A stretch of DNA of 64,000 bases from Candidatus Omnitrophota bacterium (lineage in GTDB: Bacteria; Omnitrophota; Gorgyraeia; 1-14-0-20-64-10): the NCBI GenBank assembly GCA_023248155.1, contig JAHFFE010000001.1, forward strand, positions 212,873 through 276,872, written 5' to 3'. Numbering within the stretch: position 1 is the first letter of the stretch; every line of letters starts with the position of its first letter. The notes below the pieces were generated by a model that was not told the origin of the DNA, made no database searches, and was given only the letters and a program-made list of their open reading frames with translations. Below are positions 50,779 through 60,773 of the stretch, in pieces. A program made the translations under genes and the position numbers.

Positions 50779-52377
50779 ATGAAAAATCCAATTGTAAAAA
50801 ATAAAACTAACCGCATCTTATTTACGCTGTTGTTTTTGGGATTAATCGCCACGAGTGTATCTGCCGATACAGTTGAGCTGGTGACTTATTATCCGACCGA
50901 GTCCAACGGCCAGTTTGACCGCAACCATGCCCGGCGTTCGACAGTGGGGTCAGCCTATTCACCCGATACGATTACCGATGCCGCTGTCCCCGATGGGACG
51001 CTGCTGGTTTCGGAGAGGCTTGGAATTGGGATAACCGCGCCGCAATTCCCACTCGATATTTACCGCAGTGCTGATGAGGCCTATCTGCGCGTGATGGGCG
51101 TTGGCAACGGTTTGGCCCCGGAAAACTTTGCTGGGATCGAGTTGGACAGCGATCTTCCGGTCAACGGTGTTCCCGATTACAAATGGCAGCTGGTGCATAA
51201 ACGGGGCGGCGCCGGCGGGGAGAACGATTTCCACATTACTTTTTACGATCCAACTATCCCGGCCTGGCGGGTATGGCTGGCTATTCGGAAAAACGGCAAT
51301 GTCGGCATTGGCAACGTACCGTTCCCGGATGAAAAATTGCAGGTGAACGGCAATATCCGGATGCCTAACACCTTTGTCGACGGACTGGGTGTGGCCACGG
51401 CCGGCGTGATCTACAGCGACACGACGCGGTTTATTCATAACTTCGGTTCGAACAATACATTCATGGGTGTGGAATCCGGCAACTTTACGACGGCCGGAAC
51501 CGGGTTTAATTCCGGCTATGGCCAGCGTACACTGATGAACGTGACCACCGGGTTTTTTAACGCGGCGGTGGGTGCTGGATCACTCACTTCGAATACCGTT
51601 GGCTCCGACAATACAGCGGTTGGCACCAGTTCGCTAACCTCCAACAACACCGGTAATAATAATGTGGCGGTCGGTTATCAGGCGCTGTTGAGCAATATCA
51701 GCGGCAGCAACAATGTGGCGGTTGGAACTCAGGCCGGCGGCAACGCCGGGGGCAACCAGAACATTTTTATCGGTGTTCAGGCCGGTTTGAACGAAGCCGG
51801 CAACGACAAGCTGTACATTGAAAACTCCAGCTCAGCCAACCCATTAATCTACGGTGATTTTTCCACCGATACGGTCCGGATCAACAATCATTTAGGAATA
51901 GGCACCAGTGTCGTGGGTGGCACGAATGCGCTGGCGATTGCCAATGGAATCGAGCCGGCTACCAACCCTGCCGGCCAGATTCAGCTGTTTGCCAAAAATG
52001 TTTCCGGCACATCAAAACTGTGGGTGATTGATGGAGCCGGTTTTTCGTCAACGATTTCACCGCATAACTTCTCACTGATTCCATCGGGCGCCAGCGAGCC
52101 GCTGGCGTGGGCATTTTATTCGGAACGCGCCGGCCATGCCGTTAATGTCGATATGCTGCGCGCCATCCGCGTCCTTGAAAATTTATCCGGCGAGCAGCTG
52201 GTTTATCTAAAAAATCTTCGCACCCATCAAGACGAAAGTTCCCGTTTAACCAGCCCGGTTGTTCCCTCGCTTGAAAAAGAAATTCAACAGCTGAAAGCCG
52301 ACAACGAAAAACTGCAGAAGCAGGTTGATGACCTTAAAAGATCAGTCGACGCGTTGGCGCGAAACTCCCGCCGGTAA
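50779..52377 (+). CDS. Secreted fibre-like protein, divergent paralog with C-terminal coiled coil
   Basis: ...SVSA|DTVELVTYYPTESNGQ...; NRFIHNFGSNN and NTAVG/NTTG repeats; C-term EKEIQQLKADNEKLQKQVDDLKRSVDAL. Confidence 0.8.
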   Translation: MKNPIVKNKTNRILFTLLFLGLIATSVSADTVELVTYYPTESNGQFDRNHARRSTVGSAYSPDTITDAAVPDGTLLVSERLGIGITAPQFPLDIYRSADEAYLRVMGVGNGLAPENFAGIELDSDLPVNGVPDYKWQLVHKRGGAGGENDFHITFYDPTIPAWRVWLAIRKNGNVGIGNVPFPDEKLQVNGNIRMPNTFVDGLGVATAGVIYSDTTRFIHNFGSNNTFMGVESGNFTTAGTGFNSGYGQRTLMNVTTGFFNAAVGAGSLTSNTVGSDNTAVGTSSLTSNNTGNNNVAVGYQALLSNISGSNNVAVGTQAGGNAGGNQNIFIGVQAGLNEAGNDKLYIENSSSANPLIYGDFSTDTVRINNHLGIGTSVVGGTNALAIANGIEPATNPAGQIQLFAKNVSGTSKLWVIDGAGFSSTISPHNFSLIPSGASEPLAWAFYSERAGHAVNVDMLRAIRVLENLSGEQLVYLKNLRTHQDESSRLTSPVVPSLEKEIQQLKADNEKLQKQVDDLKRSVDALARNSRR

Positions 52378-52383
52378 GCAATA

Positions 52384-53085
52384 GTGAGTAAGGAAAAATT
52401 CGTCCACCGTTTGTTTGATACAATCACTCCGCGCTATGACCTATTCAACCGCGTCGGCAGTCTCGGCATGGATCACAGCTGGCGGAGAAAAACAATCCAG
52501 GCGCTTCAACTGAAACCGGAAATGCGCGTACTTGATTTAGCCAGCGGCACCGGTGATTTGGCGCGCGACTGCGCGGCTGAGTTAGCGCCGCTGGGGAAAG
52601 TAGTCGCTTGTGATCTTTCTCTGCAGATGCTTTCACGGGCCGTCAAGCGGCTGGCGGTTTTTCCGCCGGCGCGCTGGCACGTCAGCTACGCGCAGGGAAG
52701 GGCCGAAAACCTGCCGTTTAACCCAGCCACTTTTGACGCCGCCACTATGGCGTTTGCTCTGCGCAATGTTTCCGATTTGGATGCCACTTTTGGCGAATAC
52801 CATCGTACGATGCGTCCCGGCGCTCATTTGGCATTGCTGGAGTTCGGCCGGCCAACCAATTTTTTCGTGCGCGCGGGCCACTGGCTCTGGCTCTCAACCG
52901 CTATTCCTCTGTTTGGTTTTTTAACGACCGGCTTGTTCTGGCCGTTCCTTTATTTGCGCCGATCAATACTGCAATTTATGCCGCCGGAGCAGGTGGTTAA
53001 AAAACTGCAAAACGCCGGTTTTGGCGAAGTCTCCGCCACTCGCTTAAGCGGCGGGATTGTGGTTCTCTACCAGGCTATTCGTTAA
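52384..53085 (+). CDS. menG: Demethylmenaquinone / ubiquinone-menaquinone C-methyltransferase (UbiE/MenG family)
   Basis: FDTITPRYDLFNRVGSLGMDHSWRRK and VLDLASGTGDLA SAM-binding motif. Confidence 0.85.
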   Translation: MSKEKFVHRLFDTITPRYDLFNRVGSLGMDHSWRRKTIQALQLKPEMRVLDLASGTGDLARDCAAELAPLGKVVACDLSLQMLSRAVKRLAVFPPARWHVSYAQGRAENLPFNPATFDAATMAFALRNVSDLDATFGEYHRTMRPGAHLALLEFGRPTNFFVRAGHWLWLSTAIPLFGFLTTGLFWPFLYLRRSILQFMPPEQVVKKLQNAGFGEVSATRLSGGIVVLYQAIR

Positions 53086-53106
53086 CAAAAATAACCAATT
53101 TTATGG

Positions 53107-53112
53107 CATACT
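53107..53112 (+). promoter_or_regulatory. CATACT -10-like element 7 nt before ATG 53120 (leaderless-type); shares ATACTT(A)CCTTATAT with the 1524 element
   Basis: GCATACTTCCTTAT-ATG compared with GTATACTTACCTTATATCG-ATG at 1523. Confidence 0.35.
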
Positions 53113-53119
53113 TCCTTAT

Positions 53120-55864
53120 ATGAGATCCAATAACCGCCTAACAGGGCGATTTTTATTTGCCCGAATTTTAAGCGCTTTGTTGATCGTTAGCATTGCGCTG
53201 CCGCCTTCGTCTGTCTACGCCTTGCGTCCGCTCGCGGGCCGCGAATCCGGGATGGAAGAAAACCTTACGAACAAATTGCGTCCTGTCACTGGGCAGGAGG
53301 AACGGATCGTGGTACGCATCAATCCGGTGACGGAAGCTCCGGAGTGGCGCCTGGAAACGGAGTTCCGCGTTTCTCCTGAATCACAAAGCATCCGTGATTT
53401 GTTAAGCCAGCCGAATCCATCTTCTGCCGATTGGTATCGTCATGATCCGAAGGAGAAGCTGGATCGTTTGGCGGAGCTGTTTCAGGCCGGATTTGATTAC
53501 TATGCTCGCTGGATTCCTTTGTCCGGAGGAGCCCTCGTTTATTATGATGCAAGCCCACTGCTGGCTTATCTGAAGCAAGAATTCCAATGGGCCGCTTCGA
53601 CGGAAACAACCCAGCTCAATCGCATGCAATATACGCACCTGGTGAACACAATAGTCACTCAGCTGTTTCATCCGAACCGGCGTTCGCTGCTCTCTTTCCC
53701 GGATGCAAACGACCACTCGCGCGTCATTGAAAAAGATTTGACGGAAGATTGGCGGGCAATCCCTTACCTGGATGGACGAATCCCTGTTTGGGAAGCGGCT
53801 TCCAAGCCGGGTGAGCGCAATCCCGGATTTTTCACGGTGGAGGGGTGGCACCAAGGCCCGTTTGCGGTGCACGGGTCTCATTCGGATCCGTATTGGATGC
53901 AGGTTCCGTTGGAGGAATATCCGAAGCGGTTAGTTCAACCCATTGCAGCATTGTTTACTCGGCTGAGGAATTCTCCGGCAGATTTCAGGCGCTATTTTGG
54001 AACATTGACCACTCAGTTAGAAGAAAGAGCTCACGCGGAGGACGAGGTGTGGGCGTATCGGTTTCACGGAAGCGTTTTTCCATCCACCCAGTATACAGAC
54101 CATCTTATTGCAGATGCGATTCTCCGCCCGAATTCTAGGGCTGATCGGTTATGGACGAGTCAAAAACAAGCCCACTTAAGAAACGGAGAATTCTTTGATT
54201 CGGCCGGCAATTTTATAGAATTTTCCGGACAATTGAAACGGCTGATCCGGGTGATCGAAGCGGTCTACGCTGAAAAACCGGAACCAGAGGCTGATCCCTG
54301 GGCGTTGGCACTCTTTTTGGAATACGCAATCGACCAGTATGAGAATGGCGTCAAAGCGGCGAAAGGAACATGGACGCCCTATCCGCGTGAGATTTCTCAG
54401 TGGTTTATAAGCCTTTTGGTTGAGCAAGGTCTTCCAAGGGAAGTTCTGGGAACTGGCAGAAAATTTCAAGACGGGTTATGGAACGAACTCAATACGCATC
54501 AATCGGGCGAAGCAGCGATTTCCGGCCGCAAGGCGCTGGCTTGGGCGAAGAATATGCAGCGGTCTTTCTATATAACGGAGGAAGAGCGAATAGATCTTTT
54601 AAATCAGGGGCCCCCCGTTGCGGCCGGACAGGAGGAGAAGCCGGAGGAATTCCCAACGGAGCACGACTCGAAATTCTTTGAAAAGCTGGGGGAACCGCAG
54701 TGGGGTTTCGAACCCAAAGAATGGGCGGGGCTCTGGTATCTGCTTGACGGAAAAGTGCCGCAAAGTCTGGACGGTACGCTGGATGAATTGAATCATGGAA
54801 TCAGACTCCACGCGGATTCAAAGAATTTCTGGGGATCTAAAGACGCGGAGTTCGCACAGAAATTGATACACAAACTATACGACCGGATTCGGAACCAATA
54901 TGGACTTGAATGGAATGATTGGCGTTTATTCTTTGATCTGACGAATGGAAATATTCTGGCCGATTCACAGAGGTTAAGCGTTGTCCTTGACGTGATGATC
55001 TCAAGAAAAACACGGTTTGTTTCTGAGACCCCGCTTACCCCAATTGAATTAACCATGGTCCATTCGTTGCGCGATAGGCTTCAGCAGTCTGAACCGCTGC
55101 CGATAGATCCGAGAATGCGGGATTTCCCGGCTGTTTCTACGGAAAAACAGGTCGCGATGGGGAATTTTGCCAATTTTATTATAGCCGTTACGCTTTTAGG
55201 CGCGGGGTGGTTTTACGCGCGTCAGGCCCAGAATGGAGGTGGAGTCGTCCAGCCGGATAACGCGCCGGCGCCGGCTGTTATAAAACCGCGACAACGACAG
55301 TCGGTTCCAGCCGAATATTTTCGTTTTAAGTGGGAAGGCGAGGGGCCGATTGCCGAGGTGGATGGAGAACGGGTTGATTTCAACGACTGGGATAAATTGG
55401 GCGAGGCGCTTTCTCAGGAACAGGTAGATCTCTTTTTGCGGGAGCAGGAAGGGGCCGAGAGCTGGCTGGTGCCCGTAGACGCGGCGCTGCCGATTAATCG
55501 GGCGATCCATGTTTTTGACCAGGTGGGGATTCCTTCTCAACAGCTGCCGCAGAATCTGAACTATTTTAATTTAAGCCAGGATGCGGCCGCGGAAGTGACG
55601 CCCGATTTGCTGGCGCAGGGCATTAAAGACGGCGATGTTGTGATTCTTCGCGCCGATCAGGTAACGCCGGAAGGGGCCAAGAACCTGATTCCGGAAGGGA
55701 TTAAAGCGCGCGTGGTTTTGTTAACGCCGCTCATGCTTAAGCAACTATCGGCCCGGCAGTTGCTGTTCGTGGCGACTCAGCTTGATCCGGGTGAAACGCT
55801 GTATATCCAGCACCTCTCTTCCGTCACTCTTGAAAGCCAGCGCTACCTGCTGATTGCCGCCTAG
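53120..55864 (+). CDS. Giant secreted/membrane protein 2 (915 aa), paralogous N-terminus to the 1542 protein, with two (A/T)GQEE(R/K) motifs and an internal TM helix
   Basis: MRSNNRLTGRFLFARILSALLIVSIALPPSSVYALRPLAGRES...TGQEER aligns with ITGRLWALILVIALALPNPALALRPTGLEES...AGQEER of the first protein; second motif AAGQEEKPEEF; TM FANFIIAVTLLGAGWFYA. Confidence 0.8.
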   Translation: MRSNNRLTGRFLFARILSALLIVSIALPPSSVYALRPLAGRESGMEENLTNKLRPVTGQEERIVVRINPVTEAPEWRLETEFRVSPESQSIRDLLSQPNPSSADWYRHDPKEKLDRLAELFQAGFDYYARWIPLSGGALVYYDASPLLAYLKQEFQWAASTETTQLNRMQYTHLVNTIVTQLFHPNRRSLLSFPDANDHSRVIEKDLTEDWRAIPYLDGRIPVWEAASKPGERNPGFFTVEGWHQGPFAVHGSHSDPYWMQVPLEEYPKRLVQPIAALFTRLRNSPADFRRYFGTLTTQLEERAHAEDEVWAYRFHGSVFPSTQYTDHLIADAILRPNSRADRLWTSQKQAHLRNGEFFDSAGNFIEFSGQLKRLIRVIEAVYAEKPEPEADPWALALFLEYAIDQYENGVKAAKGTWTPYPREISQWFISLLVEQGLPREVLGTGRKFQDGLWNELNTHQSGEAAISGRKALAWAKNMQRSFYITEEERIDLLNQGPPVAAGQEEKPEEFPTEHDSKFFEKLGEPQWGFEPKEWAGLWYLLDGKVPQSLDGTLDELNHGIRLHADSKNFWGSKDAEFAQKLIHKLYDRIRNQYGLEWNDWRLFFDLTNGNILADSQRLSVVLDVMISRKTRFVSETPLTPIELTMVHSLRDRLQQSEPLPIDPRMRDFPAVSTEKQVAMGNFANFIIAVTLLGAGWFYARQAQNGGGVVQPDNAPAPAVIKPRQRQSVPAEYFRFKWEGEGPIAEVDGERVDFNDWDKLGEALSQEQVDLFLREQEGAESWLVPVDAALPINRAIHVFDQVGIPSQQLPQNLNYFNLSQDAAAEVTPDLLAQGIKDGDVVILRADQVTPEGAKNLIPEGIKARVVLLTPLMLKQLSARQLLFVATQLDPGETLYIQHLSSVTLESQRYLLIAA

Positions 55865-55885
55865 AGTTATGATATTCTGTTGGGT

Positions 55886-57325
55886 ATGGCCTATCGAAAC
55901 CTTTCCGAATTTATCGCCGATTTGGAGCGCCGCGGCGAACTTAAACGCGTTTCTGTTCCGGTTGATCCTACCCTTGAAATTACCGAAATTGCCGACCGCC
56001 TGATTAAATCCAACGGCCCCGCGCTGTTATTTGAAAAAGTAAACGGTTCCTCAATTCCTCTGGCGATCAACCTGTTCGGCACAAAATCACGGATGGAGCT
56101 TGGCCTGGGCGTTAAGGATTTAAATGAGATTGCCAAGCGGATTGAACAGTTGATGGAAATTCCCAACCCAACCGGGTTGATGGAAAAATTAAGTTTGCTT
56201 CCCAAGTTGGCCGAGTTGGGGAATTTCCCGCCGAAGATCGTCTCGAAAGCGCCCTGCCAGGAAGTAGTGATTAAAGACAACCCCTCATTAAATTTACTGC
56301 CGATTTTGCAGTGCTGGCCCGATGATGCCGGCAAATATATCACGCTTGGCTCGACGATTACGCGCAACAAACAAAGCGGCCGCCGCAATGTGGGGCTGTA
56401 CCGCCTGCAGGTATTCGACGACAAAACGCTGGGCATGCACTGGCAGCCGCACAAAGACGGCGCTTCGCATTGGCGAGGATACGCGCCCGGCGAGAAAATG
56501 CCGGTGGCGATTGCATTGGGCGGAGACCCGGCCACCGTTTATGTCGGGTCGGCGCCGCTGCCGGAAGGAATCGACGAATATTTCTTCGCCGGTTTTCTGC
56601 GCAACGAGCCGGTCGAACTGGTGAAATGCGTCACCGTTGATTTGGAAGTTCCGGCGCAGGCCGAGATTATTATTGAAGGGTTCGTCACGGTGGGCGAACG
56701 GCGCGAAGAAGGCCCGTTCGGCGATCATACCGGTTATTATTCGTTGCCGGAACCGTACCCGGTCATGAAAATAACGGCAATCACGCACCGCAAAAATGCT
56801 GTCTATCCGACCACGATTGTCGGCATCCCCCCGATGGAAGATGTCTGGCTGGGCAAGGCGACCGAGCGGATCTTTCTGCCGCTGATCCAAAAAATTCTTC
56901 CCGAGATCGTTGATATGAATTTCCCGCCGGAAGGCACTTTTAATAACGCGGTCATCGTCTCGATCAAGAAAAGTTATCCGGGCCAGGCGCGCAAGGTGGT
57001 GCATGCGCTCTGGGGGCTGGGGCAGGTGATGTTTACGAAAGTGATCATTGTTGTGGATGACTGGGTCGATGTGCAGAATGTCGCGCAGGTTGCCTGGCTT
57101 GGTTTTATGAACATTGATCCGCAGCGTGACTGTTTTTTTGTGGAAGGGCCGGTCGATACGCTCAACCATGCGTCGCCGCAATGGAACTTTGGATCCAAAA
57201 TGGGCGTCGATGCCACCGAGAAATTACCCGAAGAAGGCCACCCGCGCGGATGGCCCGATGTCATTACGATGTCTGCCGAGATAAAGGAGAAAGTCACCCG
57301 CCGTTGGGCCGAATACGGCTTATAA
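55886..57325 (+). CDS. UbiD-family decarboxylase (menaquinone-biosynthesis decarboxylase, MqnL-like)
   Basis: MAYRNLSEFIADLERRGELKRVSVPVDPTLEITEIADRL ... typical UbiD N-terminus; ~480 aa. Confidence 0.88.
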   Translation: MAYRNLSEFIADLERRGELKRVSVPVDPTLEITEIADRLIKSNGPALLFEKVNGSSIPLAINLFGTKSRMELGLGVKDLNEIAKRIEQLMEIPNPTGLMEKLSLLPKLAELGNFPPKIVSKAPCQEVVIKDNPSLNLLPILQCWPDDAGKYITLGSTITRNKQSGRRNVGLYRLQVFDDKTLGMHWQPHKDGASHWRGYAPGEKMPVAIALGGDPATVYVGSAPLPEGIDEYFFAGFLRNEPVELVKCVTVDLEVPAQAEIIIEGFVTVGERREEGPFGDHTGYYSLPEPYPVMKITAITHRKNAVYPTTIVGIPPMEDVWLGKATERIFLPLIQKILPEIVDMNFPPEGTFNNAVIVSIKKSYPGQARKVVHALWGLGQVMFTKVIIVVDDWVDVQNVAQVAWLGFMNIDPQRDCFFVEGPVDTLNHASPQWNFGSKMGVDATEKLPEEGHPRGWPDVITMSAEIKEKVTRRWAEYGL

Positions 57326-57335
57326 GGAGAGAGCC

Positions 57336-58844
57336 ATGAGTCAGATTTCCCGGAAAGTTATCTATCCAGCTATCTTCTTCGCGATTTTTTTGGCCGCGTC
57401 GACTGTTTTCGCGGAGACCGTGGAGATTGTCACCTATTTTCCGACTACCGGCGGCAATAACGAACATGTGAATGATTTAACGGTAGGGCCGGGTTTTTTG
57501 GGCGAAAACCCCGCCAATGGCGTAGCACTGATTGAAACCCGGCTCGGGATTGGCACCAATGATCCACAGCAACAGCTGCATATCACGGGCAACCTAAGGA
57601 TTCCATCGACCACCGCTGTGGGCGGAGTTCCTTCCGGCGGTGTTATTTTTTCTGACACAACCCGGTTTATTCACCGTTTTGGGAGCGGCAATTTCTTCGC
57701 GGGGACCGCCGCGGGCAATTTCACGCTGACCGGTTCCTCGAATATCGGGATAGGCACGAATGCGATGCAGAGCCTGACGAACGGAATTCAAAATGTCGCG
57801 GTGGGCTCTCGCGCCATGGAACTTAATACCAGCGGCCAGAGGAATTCGGCGTTTGGGATGGAGAGTCTGAATAATAATACGACGGGCGGTTTGAACACGG
57901 CGCTGGGGCATAATACGCTTTTTTTTAATCAGACCGGATTTAATAACACCGCGGTAGGCTATCAGGCTTTGCTGAACACGACGGGAAGCGATAACGTGGC
58001 TGTGGGCCAAAACGCCGGATCGGCTCTGTTGGCGAATGCGAACACGACCGGATCAGGCAATACGTTTATAGGAACTCGATCGGGTTCCGGGGTGGCCGCG
58101 CAATTGACCAACGCGACCGCGCTTGGATTTGAAGCGCTGGTCTCGGCCAGCAACGCGCTGGTGCTGGGCGGCACTGGCGCCAACGCGGTGAGCGTAGGGA
58201 TTGGAACTGAAACACCGCAGGCGACATTGGATGTCACTTCCGATGGCGGAACGATTCTGGTGCCTCGAAAAAGCACGGCCGGTGATCCGGCCGTAGGCGT
58301 CAACGGCATGATCTACTACAACGCCAACGCGCAGCAGTTCCGTTTTCATCAAAATGGGGCATGGCAGTCTCTTGATGGAGGATGGAGGCTGATTTTCCGG
58401 GATGACTTTCAAGCCAATGCCAACGGATGGGCTCCAGCAACGAGGACCAATATTGGAGGGGCCACGATCCTGGGTGGGTTTAGTACCGCAGGCAACGGAA
58501 CGACTTTAACAAGGAATTTTGATCTTACCGGTATTGCCCACACTCAGATTAAAGTTGAACTGGATTATTATGCCATTGACAGCTGGGACGGTGAATTTGG
58601 GTTTGTCTTCGCCGCGGGCGCGGCGGGTAGTTCCAGAAATATATGGGCCGAACGAATCAATCAGTTCGACCCCGGACGGATCAACTTCGGTGGGGCAGCC
58701 AACCGGACAGACGGTGTTTACCATGCTCTGTTAACCGGCTCGCATTCCACTAATACGCTGACTGTATCCGCGGGATGCACCTTGGATCAGGCGAGCAACG
58801 ACGAATCCTTTGGAATAGACAATGTGGAGGTTTGGGTCCGATAG
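57336..58844 (+). CDS. Secreted fibre-like protein, paralog family (type-B N-term)
   Basis: ...TVFA|ETVEIVTYFPTTGGNNEHVNDLTVGPGFLGENP; ~85% aa identity over the first ~290 aa with the 34066 product, divergent C-terminus. Confidence 0.85.
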   Translation: MSQISRKVIYPAIFFAIFLAASTVFAETVEIVTYFPTTGGNNEHVNDLTVGPGFLGENPANGVALIETRLGIGTNDPQQQLHITGNLRIPSTTAVGGVPSGGVIFSDTTRFIHRFGSGNFFAGTAAGNFTLTGSSNIGIGTNAMQSLTNGIQNVAVGSRAMELNTSGQRNSAFGMESLNNNTTGGLNTALGHNTLFFNQTGFNNTAVGYQALLNTTGSDNVAVGQNAGSALLANANTTGSGNTFIGTRSGSGVAAQLTNATALGFEALVSASNALVLGGTGANAVSVGIGTETPQATLDVTSDGGTILVPRKSTAGDPAVGVNGMIYYNANAQQFRFHQNGAWQSLDGGWRLIFRDDFQANANGWAPATRTNIGGATILGGFSTAGNGTTLTRNFDLTGIAHTQIKVELDYYAIDSWDGEFGFVFAAGAAGSSRNIWAERINQFDPGRINFGGAANRTDGVYHALLTGSHSTNTLTVSAGCTLDQASNDESFGIDNVEVWVR

Positions 58845-58865
58845 GTTCCTAATGGAGGTTTTGAA

Positions 58866-60773
58866 ATGGCAAAAACTCGCGCCGGTAAATATCCTGTTCT
58901 TTTTGTTGTTGCTTTGATCGGTTTAATTGCCGGGTATGCGTTCGCGGAAACCGTTGAATTGGTGACTTATTACCCGAGCAGCGGCGGAGGCGGCACCGAC
59001 CCGCAAGTGAATTCGATTCGGGTGGGAAGCGGCTACGCCGGGAGCGCGGTTCCGGCCAACGGAGAGGTGCTTATCGAAGGGAACATCGAGTTGCCTGCTA
59101 CGACCGCGACCGCGGGTGTTATCTTCTCTGGCCCCAACCGGTTCATCCATAATTTCGGAACCGACAATTTCTTTGCTGGAGTTAACGCCGGCAATTTCAC
59201 AATGACGGGTGCCGATAATGTCGGGGTTGGGGCGAATTCACTTTTTTCAAACACCACAGGCCGCGACAACACCGCGGTCGGTTTCAACTCGCTAAGGGCG
59301 AATACCATAGGAGCCCAAAACACAGCCATAGGGCAAGAGTCTCTGTTGGCAAACACCGTTGGTACTGGCAACACGGCGGTAGGACAGGAGTCTCTTAAGG
59401 CAAATACGACCGGAAATGCCAACACGGCGATGGGAGAAAATTCTCTGGCGGACAACACGGGCGGAAACAACAACACAGCGGCAGGAGATCATTCTCTGCA
59501 GCGAAACAGGACCGGAAGCGGTAACACGGCGGTAGGACAGGAATCTCTGCAGGAGAACACAACCGGTAGCAACAACACGGCGGTTGGAGTCAGCGCCCTC
59601 AACGCCAACACGACTGCCATTGCGAATACCGCCGTGGGAAGTCGCGCGTTGATGGCCAACACGACCGGCACCGGCAACACGGCGCTGGGGGTTGGCGCTT
59701 TGCAAGCCAACACGCTTGGGAATAATAATACGGCGCTGGGGGTTAACACTTTAGAAGCTAACACGACTGCCATTGCGAATACCGCCGTGGGAAGTCGCGC
59801 GTTGATGGCCAACACGACCGGTACCGTTAACACGGCCGTGGGGGTCGGCGCTTTGGAAATCAACACGACCGGCAGCTGGAACACCGCGGTGGGGGTTAAT
59901 GCGCTTACGAGTAACAATCCAACCCTGGCGACGAATGGGTTCCGGAATACGGCCGTCGGTTCGAGCGCCCTGCAAGACAACACGACCGGTTATCAGAACA
60001 CCGCGGTTGGGTTTAACGTTTTGCCGGCCACCACGACCGGTTATCAGAATACCGCGGTCGGGTCTGGGGCTATGCCGGCCACTACAACCGGTTTTCGGAA
60101 CATCGCCATTGGCAACAACGCCATGCCTAACAATGTGGGAGGCGCTTCGAATATTGCTATTGGCGATTCCTCACTTTCGGGTAATGTGGGCGGCAGCCTC
60201 AATACAGTGGTTGGGCATGAAGCCGGAGTGACTGTAAACAATCTTACTCATGCCACCGCCATTGGCGCCGACTCGAGGGTGTCTGCCAGCAATTGTATTG
60301 TTCTTGGTACAAACACAGATACCGTTTGTATTGGTTTGAATGCGCGTACCAATGCCACTTATAGACTCCAGGTCAACGGTATTGCCGCTAAGAATGGGGG
60401 AGGAAGCTGGACGAACTCCACTTCCGATGCCAGGCTTAAAGAAAACATCAGGCCTTTTAAAGATGGCTTGACTGTGCTGCAAAAGATTAATCCCGTCACC
60501 TATCAATTAAACGGCAAAGGCGGTTTACCGAAGGGCGGGGAAGACATTGGTGTTATTGCGCAGGATGTGAAAGATGTGATTCCTTATACGATTGGGACTT
60601 TCAAAGCGAAATTAAATCCTGATGATAGAGAAGAAACCGAGCTTTATAACTATAATGATACCGCATTGACCTATGTTTTGATCAATGCGGTCAAAGAACT
60701 CAAGACGGAAAACGACCAGCTGCGCCAAGATTTGAACCAGCTGCGGGAAGAAGTTGCCCAGCTTAAAAAATAA
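58866..60773 (+). CDS. Secreted fibre-like protein, paralog family (type-B N-term) with long NTAVG-repeat shaft and C-terminal intramolecular-chaperone (peptidase S74-like) domain
   Basis: ...GYAFA|ETVELVTYYPSSGGGGTDPQVNSIRVG; >25 tandem ~14-aa NTAVG/NTTG repeats; C-term SDARLKENIRPFKDGLTVLQKINPVTYQLNG...IGVIAQDVKDVIPY...coiled coil. Confidence 0.85.
   Translation: MAKTRAGKYPVLFVVALIGLIAGYAFAETVELVTYYPSSGGGGTDPQVNSIRVGSGYAGSAVPANGEVLIEGNIELPATTATAGVIFSGPNRFIHNFGTDNFFAGVNAGNFTMTGADNVGVGANSLFSNTTGRDNTAVGFNSLRANTIGAQNTAIGQESLLANTVGTGNTAVGQESLKANTTGNANTAMGENSLADNTGGNNNTAAGDHSLQRNRTGSGNTAVGQESLQENTTGSNNTAVGVSALNANTTAIANTAVGSRALMANTTGTGNTALGVGALQANTLGNNNTALGVNTLEANTTAIANTAVGSRALMANTTGTVNTAVGVGALEINTTGSWNTAVGVNALTSNNPTLATNGFRNTAVGSSALQDNTTGYQNTAVGFNVLPATTTGYQNTAVGSGAMPATTTGFRNIAIGNNAMPNNVGGASNIAIGDSSLSGNVGGSLNTVVGHEAGVTVNNLTHATAIGADSRVSASNCIVLGTNTDTVCIGLNARTNATYRLQVNGIAAKNGGGSWTNSTSDARLKENIRPFKDGLTVLQKINPVTYQLNGKGGLPKGGEDIGVIAQDVKDVIPYTIGTFKAKLNPDDREETELYNYNDTALTYVLINAVKELKTENDQLRQDLNQLREEVAQLKK

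Noticed and set aside
53057-53119. Upstream extension of giant protein 2 to the 53057 start listed in the ORF track
   Set aside because: That start overlaps the menG/ubiE 3' end and adds a non-hydrophobic 21-aa extension. ATG 53120 sits 7 nt after a CATACT -10-like element and begins the signal peptide homologous to the first giant protein.
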